NCBI GenBank assembly: GCA_965112155.1
Contig: OZ218099.1
DNA from: Podarcis liolepis
Lineage: Eukaryota
Reading direction: 5' to 3' (one strand)
DNA: 64,000 nt
The translations under genes and the position numbers were made by a program. Below the pieces are notes generated by a model. It worked only from the letters and a program-made list of their open reading frames with translations. It ran no database searches and was not told where the DNA came from. This document shows, one piece after another, positions 51,371 through 63,718 of the stretch; within the stretch, counting starts at the first letter, position 1; every line of letters starts with the position of its first letter.

Positions 51371-51737
51371 CTATATCATCTCAAAATCTGCAGTTCTCAT
51401 ATCATGCAGTAATATAAGTTACTTTTTTACACTTCTCTAAAAAGTGTAGCGCTATTTAGTATATATATGTTACATAATCATCTGGCTTTTAACTAACTAA
51501 AAACATACTTACATATTGCAAAATCAATGAAGGTACCTTTCTGAAGAAATACCTTTCTGAGACATTAAAGGTACTAAACATTGAAGGTAACAAACAAAAG
51601 TTATTTATGAGGCTTTAATGGAAAGTGATTTCATCCCCTATAATAAGAGTCCAATCCCACACTAGTAACTTACAGACTCTTGTATTAGTATCACTGGCAA
51701 CAGTGATCACTGTAATAGGGGTGTGTCACAAGCACTA

Positions 51738-51738
<1 letters not shown>

Positions 51739-51771
<33 letters not shown>
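51739..51771. repeat. (AAT)n microsatellite
   Basis: Seen directly. Confidence 0.95.
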
Positions 51772-51772
<1 letters not shown>

Positions 51773-51773
<1 letters not shown>

Positions 51774-51930
51774 CCAGTAGCACCTTAGAGACCAACTAAG
51801 TTTGTTCTGGTACAAGCTTTCATGTGCATGCACACTTATCAGTTGGTCTCTAAGGTGCTACTGGACAATTTAAAAAAAATAAAAAATTCCCCCAACTGCG
51901 TCAGACCAGCACAGCTACCTACCTGAATCC
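51773..51930. mobile_element. Penelope-like element remnant (inverted terminal fragments)
   Basis: Perfect 25-bp inverted repeat TCCAGTAGCACCTTAGAGACCAACT; GTGTGCATGCACA stem next to GAAAG, as recalled for reptile Penelope termini. Confidence 0.7.
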
Positions 51931-51984
51931 AGCACAAGTAACTTAAGTTACTAGAGAGGTTGATAAAGGTAAAGTTTTACTCAC

Positions 51985-52627
51985 CGGTTCATTCTCCTTG
52001 CCCGCTCCAGCACTTCAAACATATGCTCTTGGAACAAATCCAATCTCCGGTAGCGGTTATTTTCCACATTCTTTCGTATGATATCAAAAGTCAGGGGTGG
52101 CTTGTTTGGAAAATTAGGATCAACACCAGGAATTTCAGCTAAGGAGTCACTGTAGCACCTGCCTTCATCATCCTGATGACTCATTACAGAGACAAAAAGG
52201 TTATGTATAAGTTCCTGGATCAGCAGTGTTACATTTGGGACATGAGAATCTTCATCTCCTTCTATGTCTCTTCTAGTTTCTAGCAAAACTTTGTGCAGCA
52301 CCAGAGCATCTTTGTAAATCAAGGATTCTGGCTCATTATAAGTGCAGGCATTATTGAACATCATTACAAAATCTTCAACCATGGCATCAATGTCCTGATA
52401 CTTGTTGGCCATCATGTGACTTCTGATCTTCTCCATATCAACCGGCTTTTTAATTGTCAGGTAGTAGTCAGGAAGCTCCGATCGAGATGGAAGCCGCAGG
52501 AAAATTGCACTAAGCCTTCTCCCTCGCTTATCTGTATAGTTTTTCACCGCTTCGTATACTTCATTAAGTTTCTGTTGCATTGGAGTCATATATTTTGATT
52601 TTTTAGGGGAGATGCCAGTCTTTCTAC
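51985..52627 (-). CDS. PBRM1: PBRM1 large exon (bromodomains 5-6)
   Basis: RKTGISPKKSKYMTPMQQKLNEVYE...LERARRMN(R); CTCTAG / GTGAGT; 643 nt. Confidence 0.97.
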
Positions 52628-52829
52628 CTAGAGGAACAACATTTAAAGCTAGACAAAAAAAGCCAACATTCTTGTGACTTCAGTTACTCAAATACTAATC
52701 TAGGTATCTCATGTAACATTAGACACATGCAATTTGGTGTCTATCACATCATAGCCCCTTCTCAAGACTTTTGTGCTTTTTATTTTCTCTCGTAACAATA
52801 TGAGAGCATCAGAATTTCTCTGTCTGCTC

Positions 52830-52878
52830 CTCTCTCTCTCTCTCTCTCTCACGCGCGCGCGCACACACACACACACAC
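52830..52878. repeat. Compound (TC)n(CG)n(CA)n microsatellite
   Basis: Seen directly. Confidence 0.95.
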
Positions 52879-52941
52879 CCCATGGAAAAGTGTTCTGCAG
52901 AAGGAATCTGGAGAGCAACAGTGGACTCAGAACATCTGGAG

Positions 52942-53082
52942 CAGCCTTTCTCAACCTGTGGGTCCCCAGATGTTGTTGGACTACAACTCCCATCACCCCT
53001 AGCTAGCAAGGCCAGAGCTCAGGGATGATGGGAGTTGTACCAATCCAACAACATCTGGGGACCCACAGGTTGAGAACCACTG
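52942..53082. mobile_element. Palindromic hAT MITE
   Basis: Same GGACTACAACTCCCATC core; arms CTCAACCTGTGGGTCCCCAGATG / CATCTGGGGACCCACAGGTTGAG. Confidence 0.85.
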
Positions 53083-54617
53083 ATGGAGAGTCACGTGAAA
53101 TAAGGCTAGGCTACAGGTTCTCCCAAGCAGCACGTAACATATTCATATTGCTTATGTCAAAATCAAAAGGCACACTCTCAAAACTTTGTTAGAACAGGGC
53201 TTTAACAAAGAGAACTGTTGTGCGTGCACCTGGAGATTCCGTATAATAACCTTACACAGAGCACCACACAGAAAAGAATGCTGAGGCCTCTTTTCCTCAC
53301 TGCCCTGTAGATACGCTGGAAACCCTGGATCATGGCCAGGAACTGCTAGTCCCAGCACAAAAAACTTCCCTGCATAGAAAACATTCTTCATTTATTTAAA
53401 GTAGTTTTCAAATCCCAGAATAAACATCTTGCACAGCAAAACCATTAAAGTTTTTAGCAAAACAGCCCCAGAAGCTAACAGGGCTACCAATTGCAAGAGG
53501 TTACGGTAATAGTGCAGTACTGCGCTTACGATTTCATATTAAAACTGCAGAGTGGAAGGAAAGGAAGACCTTTTTCTGCCTCCCCACTTCCAGCTACTCT
53601 GAAGACTGGAGAAGAAACCCTCTTAAGAATATTAGGGGGTGGGCAAGGGAAGAATATGTGAAAAATGAACATAATATTTAAGCTGCAGTTCATTCATTTT
53701 CAGCTTTGCGTTCTTGTCATTAAAAAAGCGTGCCTAGACATTCCGTTTTTGCACCCATAACCTAGGTTTAAGGTACCATTCAGCTCCTAGCTTTCATATC
53801 TCAGTTTCAAACACTGTATATGTGCTGGTCTTAGATACTTCTATACTTCTTACTATTCTTACAACCCATAGTCAACAATACATAGTATGCCAAGCATTCT
53901 CGGTTCTTTTTTCTTTGATATACAGTTTGTCTCTTAAAACAAGGAAGCACACAAAAAATCTGCAAAAAATAACCCCACCGACCATATGATCTCCAGCAGT
54001 GGAGTAATAAAACAGAATGATTTGGGCCTTGCACTGTGCAAAAATACAAAATGAAAACCTTCCTGTACAAAATCAGTGCTCCTTTAGTGGTAATGGTAAG
54101 GGCCATTGCTCTATTGCTAGTTCTGTGTTGTTGTTTTTAGAAAACAACATGATATTTCTGCAGCAACTTTTGCTGAGGATCACAAAGTACTTTACATCTA
54201 TTAATAACACATGGCTCAGTACCAATCTAGAAACTGGGGAGAAAAAGAAGAAAGGTATGTTGCCAGAGGCATATGTGGGAAATATATATTAACTTCTCAT
54301 GCTGTTCCCCAAATCTAACAACATTTCAGCTTTTACTGTTTCTCATGTTACAAAAGCTTAGAACAGTGCTTGAACACTTCTACCCTATTCAGGGCAGACT
54401 GTCTCTTTCTTGGCACAAATGCTCTGAGACAGTTCAGTTTAGGACACCTTTGCTCAGGACGCAATTATATTTTAAAATCTAAAGAATATTTTGGCAAATT
54501 CAGTCTGTATTTCAGAAGCAGATGAAATGTTGCAAACTACTCAGCTTAATAAGACTGCAATCTGTTAACATTTTATATTTCATTTATCAGGCTTGGGAAT
54601 TTACAACAGTTCCTTAC

Positions 54618-54723
54618 TTAATTTCAATTTAGGGGAAGCAACCTCATCATCTTCAAGCAGAGGTCCCAGCTCTTTCCTCTTTTCTTTAAGAATCTTCTCC
54701 AAGATATGAGCATCATTGTAAAC
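54618..54723 (-). CDS. PBRM1: PBRM1 exon (end of bromodomain 4)
   Basis: VYNDAHILEKILKEKRKELGPLLEDDEVASPKLKL; GAATAG / GTAAGG; 106 nt. Confidence 0.95.
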
Positions 54724-55603
54724 CTATTCATCATGAAAATATTTATAAATAACAAACAGCAAATGGCTATTAGGATTTTACTTTTTGTTCTAATTAAGAA
54801 TGAGGAAGTGCATTTGGTAATCTTGTTAACATGACCGAAAGCGCCTACCTAGAATGACCTACAACATTCACATAGCAGCAGGGAAAGCTCTATCCCTGCA
54901 CAAACAAGATGTAGGAACAGGGCCATCTTTGCCATTAGGCAGAAGGTCATCCATAAATGCACTGGATTCCGGAATATGTAATGAGCCACCTAAGTGGGGC
55001 ACAACCCTCTCTTCCACACGCCTCTCTTAAAGGCAGGGGAAGCTCCATGGATTAACTATAAGGTTATATATGCAAAGGCAGGGAAGAGTTTATCTCTGGC
55101 ATGCCAGATCCCAGTATTGCTGGTTCATCAGTATAAGAAGTTATTTTATTAGCTCCTGGTGCTCCACTTTCTCAATATTGTTTAGCATCCTGGCAAAACT
55201 ACACACAAAATATCTCCAACCCACAATCTGGAAACCACTAATTGATAGTTCGCAAATTATGCAAAGGCATTTCTCTGGTCTTATAATCCACTCCATCTCA
55301 AGGTCTCATATTGATCATGGTATGTTTTTTATGGTTTCCTTTGCCACCCAAAGGTGAGTCTGAATAATATTTGGAGGCTGCTTCACCCAAAGGCTAAGGA
55401 CAGATATTCATTTCTGCTCTTTTGTATGTGGAGATGGACATATTCTACAAGGTAAGCAAGGAGCATGCATATAAACAGCTCATACTTTTAGAAATCCAAA
55501 ACATACAGTACTGTGAAATTCATTTAATGAAATATCAGCATAAGCAGAGGAATGCATGAGTGACAGCTATACAAATCTGGTTTGAACTTTCTTGAGAACG
55601 TAC

Positions 55604-55880
55604 CTGTGAGCCTTCTTCATTATAATGCCTTGCGTTTCGAAACATTAACCTCATATCTTCTATCATAGACTCTTCCCCAACATACTTGTCACTGCGGATA
55701 TTGTGCTCTATTGTTTTTAAATCCATTGGCTCCAAGATGATTTTGTAATAATCTGGATAGTCTTTTTTGGAAGGTTTCACCATGAACAGCTCACAAAGTC
55801 TTCGGCCAGTGCCAGGCTCTCGTGCCTCAAGAACAACATTGTACAAAATTTTCATTCGCTGCTTCTTTATGTTCTTTTTG
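55604..55880 (-). CDS. PBRM1: PBRM1 exon (bromodomain 4)
   Basis: KKNIKKQRMKILYNVVLEARE...NARHYNEEGSQ; TAACAG / GTACGT; 277 nt. Confidence 0.96.
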
Positions 55881-57196
55881 CTGTTAGATTTGAAAGGGGG
55901 GAATACTTATTTATTAATTTTAGCACCTATGTTCTCTAGGGGTTCACAGCCTCTTAAATTCAAAATTGAATGAAGTTTACCAATAATAAAAAATCCAATA
56001 ATACCAACAACAACAACAACAATCCACTACAAAACATTTAAAACTGTAGAGAACAGGCACATCCAACTCCCAAGAGACTGTGATCTACTCCCAGTATAAA
56101 AAAACTGGCAGTGATCTACCCTTTGTCATTGGAGGGAGGAAGAGCATGCGTGAGGTGGGTGGATTGGCCAGAGTTGTTGAGCCTTTTTTTGTGGAGGATT
56201 GCCCAGAGTTCTTCAGCTTTTATTTGGTAGCTTTTGGTAAACTTTATTTAATCCCACGATCGATAAGGGTCCCATGATCTACCAGGATCAGCTGAGGATC
56301 TACTGATAGGTTGTGATCTATTGGTTGGACATGCCTGGTATAGAACAACAGCTTAAACTTTACACCAGCACAAAGCCCGAAGGGGCAACTTGACTGAGAG
56401 AGCTAAATTACCACCAAAACTACCTTTAAAAGGCTATTATAAAGGTATTGGTGGGAGGGACGGACAGGAAGCTTTTCACCTGGTGCACAGCCACCAGGCA
56501 AGTGTCTTTGGGGAGGGCATGGAATACATGAAGTGCCACCACTGAAAAGGCCCTCTCCCCGGCAGACGCCTGCATTACCACATTAAGCAGGGAAACCTGG
56601 AGAAAGGTATCGGATGAAGATCTTAAAAGCCTTGGTGGGAATACCTGGGGAAAGGTGTTCCTTCAAGCAGCCTGGCTCCAAGCCATTACGCAGAGGCAGC
56701 TGGTGGCACTCACATGACCTCCTATTCACTGGGAGGTAGAGGGGAAAGTGCAAGGTCAGTGCAGCGCAAACAGGAGCACGGGATTGGTTGCACAGGAGCG
56801 CTTGCACAACGTCAACATCACCCTTCCACCTCGCAGTAAGCAGCAGTGACACAGGCGACAGGAGGTCAGATGAGTGCCACCGCCTTCTCGTTGATCACTG
56901 CTGCTGTGAAACAGACCACTGCTCTGTTAAATGGAGTGGCAGCAAGATGTAACATGGGGGAGAGGCACTTCACGGAGAGGTTTCCTAAATCACTCTGTGA
57001 AGTGCCTGCCTCCCCCCTGGTTATAGATGACTGCAGTGAGGTTTCGCAGAGCAATCTCTGATCTCTGAGTTACAATTTCTCTGCTTCATGACCACCCAGG
57101 TACCAGGCTGGTTGGTGCTACAAATAGAAAAACTGTTAATACTGCAAAGATTAATATTGAACACTTTTAAAGAGTCATGCTCTGAAAGATTTAATA

Positions 57197-57326
57197 CAGG
57201 CTTCCTCAGCCCTCCAGATGTTTTGAGACTACAGTTCCCCTCATCCCTGATCACTGGTCCTGCTAGCTAGGGATCATGGGAGTTGTAGGCCAAAAACATC
57301 TGGAGAGCCGAGGTTGAGGAAGCCTG
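57197..57326. mobile_element. Palindromic hAT MITE
   Basis: TIRs CAGGCTTCCTCA / TGAGGAAGCCTG; perfect 8-bp TSD ATTTAATA. Confidence 0.9.
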
Positions 57327-57380
57327 ATTTAATATAATGAATTTCCTCTCCCTCCCTCAAGCACAATGATCTGGTATAAG

Positions 57381-57515
57381 CAGTGCTTTTTTTCTAAAGA
57401 AAATGTTCATTTTCCTACTCATATTGAAATACTGCCCTTCAATGTGGCCAAACTTAGATTCACAAAATGTTTAGGGTTATGCGTCCCCCTCCATCCCCCC
57501 AGAAAAAAAGCACTG
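57381..57515. mobile_element. hAT MITE
   Basis: TIRs CAGTGCTTTTTTT / AAAAAAAGCACTG; perfect 8-bp TSD GGTATAAG. Confidence 0.9.
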
Positions 57516-58120
57516 GGTATAAGGAACTGCTAAGCTAACGAAGTCAAAGCAATGGTGGTGAAACTAATCTCAAAAGTGAACTGTGATGTTGCATTCACAG
57601 TCATATTATTCAGAGAACCTTTCCCAGTATTATCTGAAAAGAGAGTAAAATGGAAGTATGAAGCCTCCCGTCCCACCTCCTAGGGTCTTCAAAGGATCCC
57701 AACATTTAGAGGTTTCCTGAACAATCAAGTAAAGCATTTTCCAACCACACCCTAACCCCTTAATAGGTACACCTTTCTTTCTGATTTAACAGTTTACTTG
57801 AAAGTAAGAATTGTGTTCAATGGGGCATATTCCCAGCTAAGTGCATATGATTGATTGCAGCCTTATCCATCTATATGGTATTGTACCTTTTAACAGAAAA
57901 TAGGAATATTTAGATAAAATACCTATGTCAAATATCACATTTAAAATTTCTTATCACCTCAGCATATGGACCAGGGTATAATATTATTATTTTTTGGCAA
58001 ACTGTATATTTACATATTTGATAGATCACCTTGTCAATAAAGACACAGCTCATAACTGGCTTTAAATAACTGAAGATTAAATCAAATAATTACTAATTAT
58101 TATTAACAGCAAATGCATAC

Positions 58121-58218
58121 CTTTTTCTTTTTGAACTTCCAGCATCAGATGTTGCAGAAGAGATCATACTGTCTCCATCCTCGATATCATCTCTTCTGGC
58201 TAGCTCCTTCTTCTTTGC
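58121..58218 (-). CDS. PBRM1: PBRM1 exon
   Basis: AKKKELARRDDIEDGDSMISSATSDAGSSKRK(S); TTCCAG / GTATGC; 98 nt. Confidence 0.95.
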
Positions 58219-58813
58219 CTGGAAGAAAACAAATCCCTAGAGTTAAATTCAATCCACTGACTGTCCCCTGAATGCATGAATATTTAACAGCTCCAGAGAT
58301 AATGTTCATTCTGAAATGCAGTAATATAGTAGTAGCATCAATAGAAAGCAATAAGATTTTTTCCAGCCATTCAAGTTACATGTATAAAGCAAAATATTAT
58401 ATACTGTACACAGAATATCTAAATAATCAAGCTTATTCCAGAACAGCAAGCCTTCCATCTAAGCTTCTATTGCAAAATGTCTTAGTAGCTATCAGTTACT
58501 CTTAATACATATATCTTGAAAGCTGTATACAATGTCTTCTTCAAAAACCTGATTTCAGATTACCAGTGCAGAAAATTAGTTTAGCATGATTCATTTCTCA
58601 TCCAGAATATTCATTTGTATTTCCAGCCATATGGCTATCAGTTAAAAACTCTCATTCGGAAACATATAGAATCATGCTTAGAGTTTAAACACAGAAATAG
58701 CACCAAGAAGAATTACTATCACAGCAGTGTGCCAATGCAGATATAAATGCACCAAATGCTAGCTCCTACAAAAATAACCCCCGAGACGTAGCTATTTGAG
58801 TGTGAAGTTTTAC

Positions 58814-58955
58814 CTGCATAACCTGCTGCATTTTCAGTACTCTCTTGTAAATGGCAGAATTGGGGACATTATAACGTTTGGCATTTTCAAACATCAAGTT
58901 TAAATCGCATTCCAAATGGTCCAGAGTTTCATATTCATGGTTCTTTAGTTTTGTT
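58814..58955 (-). CDS. PBRM1: PBRM1 exon (end of bromodomain 3)
   Basis: TKLKNHEYETLDHLECDLNLMFENAKRYNVPNSAIYKRVLKMQQVMQ; CTACAG / GTAAAA; 142 nt. Confidence 0.96.
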
Positions 58956-60225
58956 CTGTAGAAGAGATAATCAGTCCCATTTCACTGGTGCAACAATTCC
59001 TGTTACTTTTTTTAATAAAACATAATCTACTAACTTAAAAGTGCTGAATTAATATCCTCCCCAGTCCCCCCCCCTTCCCTCCTCAGCTAGTGCCGGAGGA
59101 GTTAGAAAAGAAAAAGAAATAATTCTAATGTTTCCCAAGCACATGACAAAATCAAGATACAGGAACATCTCTCCTGACACTAGAAGGCTTGAAATGTGAT
59201 TTTAAATGCCCTGCATGGGGGTGAGGGAACAACCTGTCATGAGGATGTACACACTGCCCCTGCCTCTCATGCTCCCATCCTGGATGCTTAGCCCCAATCT
59301 TCCCAAGTATATTTTGGAGGCGTATGCTTAGAAAACTTAGGGTGATCAGGAACCGGACAGTGCAGGGTTTCAGATCACACTGAGACTTCTAGCTGAGATC
59401 ACTTGACCATGGTTCACAACTAGGCCTGGGCAATCTATCAATACATCGCCCTGGACTGGTTTGAGGTCCAAAGCATGATGGCGCCTTCCCCCAATGGTAT
59501 ATCATGGGTGAAACCACCGCTGCCCCTGAGTGAGCGCCGCTGGTTTCACCCCGGCACCTCATGGGACAGGGCCTGATGCAGCTTGTTCCTCCCTCCACTT
59601 TTCAACATTGCAATGTTTCACTCTATCACAATGTTTGGTTGGTGATACACTGCAATGTTGTAAAGCTGGTATCGTCCAGCCATATTCACAACCCCACTGC
59701 CCTCTTCACATGCTTGCTCTGAACGTCTCATGAAAACTAAAGAATGGGCATGTTAACCATATGTGAACACTAGAGCTTTACTTGAAAATAAACAGTCAGA
59801 TCCTTACTGTGATCAAACATGAACAAATGTATTAGAAAAAGAATCAGGTGAATTGTACTTCTAGAGATATTTCGGTTTATCAAATCTCAATCGTTCATAT
59901 GTAGATTAAAGCATAATTGAGGCTAAAGTGAAAGAAGGGTAATGTGATTACTTATGAATTAATCATCTACCTTTATTTGGATCACCTTAAAGCTTATATA
60001 TGATATTATGCTGGCATTCCAAGGGTTTAATATGTAAAGAGACTCTTCACTCTCAACTGCTAAAACAAGGAGCTTAAAATCTTGTACATACACACATATA
60101 GGATTTAGGTAAAATCATACAATCTATCAAATACAGTACAGTCATTAGAAGAGCTGACTCATGGTTTAAGATTGGTAAATAAGCTGTATTTGAAACCATC
60201 AAACATTATGCCGCACCAGTTTTAC

Positions 60226-60442
60226 CTGATTTGCTGCAATGAAATAGGCATTTTGATTTGTTGGTAATAGTCAGGATACTTTTTCTTCGAAGGCAAATGA
60301 AAAAAGGGTTCTGATATGAGCTGACCCTGGTTGTTCCTGCAGTTCCTAACTATATCATAAAGCTGATAGAGAGGGTTGGAAGTATCCATAAATGAAGTTA
60401 TGCTCTCGGCTTCAGACTCCCCTTCTTCATAACGGGCAGCAG
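60226..60442 (-). CDS. PBRM1: PBRM1 exon (bromodomain 3)
   Basis: AARYEEGESEAESITSFMD...KKYPDYYQQIKMPISLQQI(R); TTCTAG / GTAAAA; 217 nt. Confidence 0.96.
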
Positions 60443-61097
60443 CTAGAAACGGGGAGAAACAATTACACAATTTCAGCATCATTTTATCTGTTTTAAATAG
60501 TAAATGAGGTAATACTGGATCGCTCAAAGAAGAATGCAACTACTTTCTGCTACCTGGCTGGTTTCATAGTTCTAATAAGAGACTGAGAGCTTACAGGTTT
60601 CCTATGATATCTGCTGCTGATTCTCCTGCTTCAAAACAGTTTTATCTGCAGTTGGCTGGAAGGATCAGGTAGTTACTTATTCATTCACTATCTACAGGTA
60701 GGATTGGACATTAAAGGACCAATACAGGCAAATCCAGGAAATGTGGAAACAACCTTAAATCTACGAATGTGGCAGCTTCAAGAAACCAGGCAGGAAACCA
60801 TGATGAAAGAAATGCAAAAAGCACCTGCCACATTACCCACATTTGTCTTTGCTGGCCCTAATCAAAATTAAAAAACATAAACTCATGTGGAAGAAAAGGC
60901 TATGGCCGTAAGAGAAGCAAAATATAAACAGCCACTGACCATCGATACGGGAATATCAATAATATAAGCAAATTAGGGAGGAGTTATTTTTGTGCTACGT
61001 TCTGTGAAAATTATATACCTCTCAGCTCCATAAAGCTGAAATACAGGAACCAAAATTATGAAACTGACAAAGAAGAATGAAAAGAGTCAGTACAGAG

Positions 61098-61578
61098 CAG
61101 TGCTGGATTTACGTATAAGCTAAACAAGCTATAGTTTGGGGCCCCACTCTCTTGAGGGCCTCAAAAAAATGTAAAGAAAAAAAACCTGGATGTACATTTC
61201 CAATATATAAGATAAAAAACAAATAAAATAAAATCCACATACAGCAACAGTGTATTGTGTTGTGTAAGCTCCTATGATGTAAGTAATGGGCCCTGCCTGC
61301 TAGCCTGCTCCCTAAACCATCACTGGTTTGCTCATTTCTATATATAGGGTGTCTACATTCTGCATGGACTTTTCAACAATTACTTTGATAAACTACATGC
61401 TTTGTTATGTGCAAATGGCTTTAGATACCTATTAGGTCCATAAATTACCGTATATTCAACACATCTATTCAACACAAAAGACAGTGACAATTTGTTGTTG
61501 ACAAAGGACATCTGGACCTATAAAGGGCCCTATTACCTTCAGTAGCTTAGGGCCTCATCAAACCTAAATCCGGGCCTG
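61098..61578. mobile_element. hAT-type non-autonomous element
   Basis: Termini CAGTGCTGGATTTA / TAAATCCGGGCCTG; degenerate TSD GTACAGAG / GCACGGAG. Confidence 0.75.
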
Positions 61579-61663
61579 GCACGGAGACACTAGCAGAACA
61601 ATTGGGTGAGAGGGGATAGTTTAGCATATTTACTCTAAAGAGAACAAGAGGCATGGTTAAATA

Positions 61664-62712
61664 CCGTATTTTTCGCTCTATAACACGCATCTGACCATAA
61701 CACGCATGTAGTTTTTAGAGGAGGAAAACGAGGAAAAAATATTCTAAATGAAACAGTGGATGTATGATTTTTATGGTTCATGCTGTGGCCACAGACATGT
61801 GATCTGACAGTGAGTTTGGGGTAGCCCAATGCAAAAATCCTGAGGATCCATGTGGATCCGTGCTTTGTAACCACGTTTTAAGTGGGGAGGGAAGGAAAAG
61901 AACTCAAGGGACAAGGAGCTTTTCCGCGGGGAGGAGGGAGGGAAAGAGCACTGTTGCTTTAAAGGTATACTTAAGGTATTTGCCCTGTGCCTGGGTTTTT
62001 TTTCCATTTAACAGTTTGCAGCCTTTTCCTTCCGCTCCTTGTTTTGAGGCGGAATAGATTTGAGCAAGTGAGGAGGACTTGGATTGCAGGGGATTCGCCA
62101 TTAGCTGTGTAAAAGTGCTCCTCCTTGCAGCCTGAATGATAAGCAGCCACCAGCAGCAATAGAATGGAGCACAAAAAAGCGGTAGGGGCACTAGGACCCA
62201 GACAATGCTCAAATCTATCCTGCCTGAAAACAAGCTGCTCCATCCCAGCCGATCAGCTGAGACGCGGGGGATTTGCGAAGTTTTCCCCTCTCCCTCATGC
62301 CCTCCCCAGCCTTTTTTTTTACTTCCTGGTTTTCACTGCGCTGGCTCAGAGCTCGAGGTTGGTTTTATTTTGCTGCTGGTTGCTTAAATTTTATCTTTCC
62401 TGCCGTCTCTCTGCAGCCTCATTGCTCTGTTTAGAGAGCGCGCAGACCTTTGCTAGCGTCTGTCCCTCCTCCCGTGTAAGCGGCTGCTGCCGGCTTTGCT
62501 GCTATGGCTCTCCTTCCCTCCCTCCTTCCTGGCTCCAGGTCGCTTTAAAGAAAGCAAAGTGAGAGCCTCGTAGAGCGTGTAAGTGGCTCCCGCTTTGCCT
62601 GACTGACGGCAGCCATGGCTCTGATCCGTGCATTCGCTCCTTAACACGCACAGGCATTTTCCCTTACTTTCTCGGAGCAAAAAAAGTGCGTGTTTTGGAG
62701 CGAAATTTACGG
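61664..62712. mobile_element. About 1.05-kb non-autonomous Tc2/pogo-like DNA transposon
   Basis: 26-bp imperfect TIRs CCGTATTTTTCGCTCTATAACACGCA / TGCGTGTTTTGGAGCGAAATTTACGG; TA TSD; no transposase ORF. Confidence 0.85.
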
Positions 62713-62835
62713 TAAGTGCTCTCTCATTCCTGAGATGAGAAAGTCTAAACGTAGGTATTTCCTGCAAAGCAATGTAAGATTTAAATTTAATATGCACTAG
62801 ATTGTTCAAAATAGACCTGGGATTAATGTAGTTTA

Positions 62836-62945
62836 GGGACGTGCCCTCCACGTGTTACTGAACTACATCTCCCATCAGCCCCAGTCAGCATGACTAATGG
62901 TCAGGGATTATGGGAGTTCTAGTCCAACAACATGTGGAGGGCTGT
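62836..62945. mobile_element. Degenerate palindromic hAT MITE
   Basis: CCCTCCACGTGTT...ACTACATCTCCCATC...TGGGAGTTCTAGT...ACATGTGGAGGG. Confidence 0.7.
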
Positions 62946-63059
62946 CCAACATGCACTTTTATTAGATACTAACCTAAAAGGTTGTCACCCATTTTAATCT
63001 GAAAGGACAGGAGGGCTAGGAACTCCACAAATGACCTTTTCCTAAAGATATTGACCTAC

Positions 63060-63151
63060 CAGCCAAAACAGCATCTTCATCGCTTTCAGATCCATATTGC
63101 AGTGCCATGGTTATTGCTGATAAACGATCTCCTTGGACAGCTCTTTTGTTA
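63060..63151 (-). CDS. PBRM1: PBRM1 exon (BD2-BD3 linker); gene continues beyond window end
   Basis: NKRAVQGDRLSAITMALQYGSESDEDAVLA; CCACAG / GTAGGT; 92 nt. Confidence 0.94.
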
Positions 63152-63718
63152 CTGTGGATTTAAAACAAAACGGCTATTGAATGAAAAATTCCCTAGGGAG
63201 AGGAAGAATAAATCTACATTTAAAACAGGAGCTTTTATCTAAGTGATACAATAAAAATAAGCATATAGAAGAAGGTGTAGGTGTGTGTGTGTGTTTGTGT
63301 TTTACATTATATGAATTTGGTGACAGAATTTAAATTTATGAACCAGCTTTCTTCCAGCTAATGTTTCAGATTTATCGCCCATGAGTTCTTCTGAAAATAA
63401 ACTCAAGCTAATTTTAATTGTGATTAAAAGTGCAGTTGATAATTAAACTAGTAAAGCAGTTTTAATTATCATGCATTCGTGCTGCGGAACTAGGCTCAGC
63501 AGTAGGCAGATTACAAGACTGCAGCTTTGTAAGATGTCAACTTAATGAAACGCTTTATATGGGAAGAACTGTCTTGCTGATACACTGTTTTCTCAAAGCA
63601 GTGATATTTTAAGCTTATTATACATTCCATACGCTGTGACTTATGAATTATTTAATGTAAGAAAATATTCTGAAACTCAAATGTTTGAGATGTGCAATGC
63701 TGCTGTCTTACAATACTA

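Larger units (their letters stand above)
50181..51741. repeat. Long-range inverted repeat (arms 50195-50256 and 51680-51741)
   Basis: 62-bp arms, 60/62 complementary by manual alignment; extra match 50181-50203 versus 51660-51682. Confidence 0.9.

Noticed and set aside
61635-62851. Cluster of overlapping 60-130 aa ORFs
   Set aside because: They lie in a non-autonomous transposon; no DDE/D or HTH motifs recognised
29729-63059. Intronic snoRNA or miRNA genes in PBRM1
   Set aside because: No convincing paired C/D boxes with terminal stem or H/ACA double hairpin seen by eye; an Infernal/Rfam scan would be needed to exclude them
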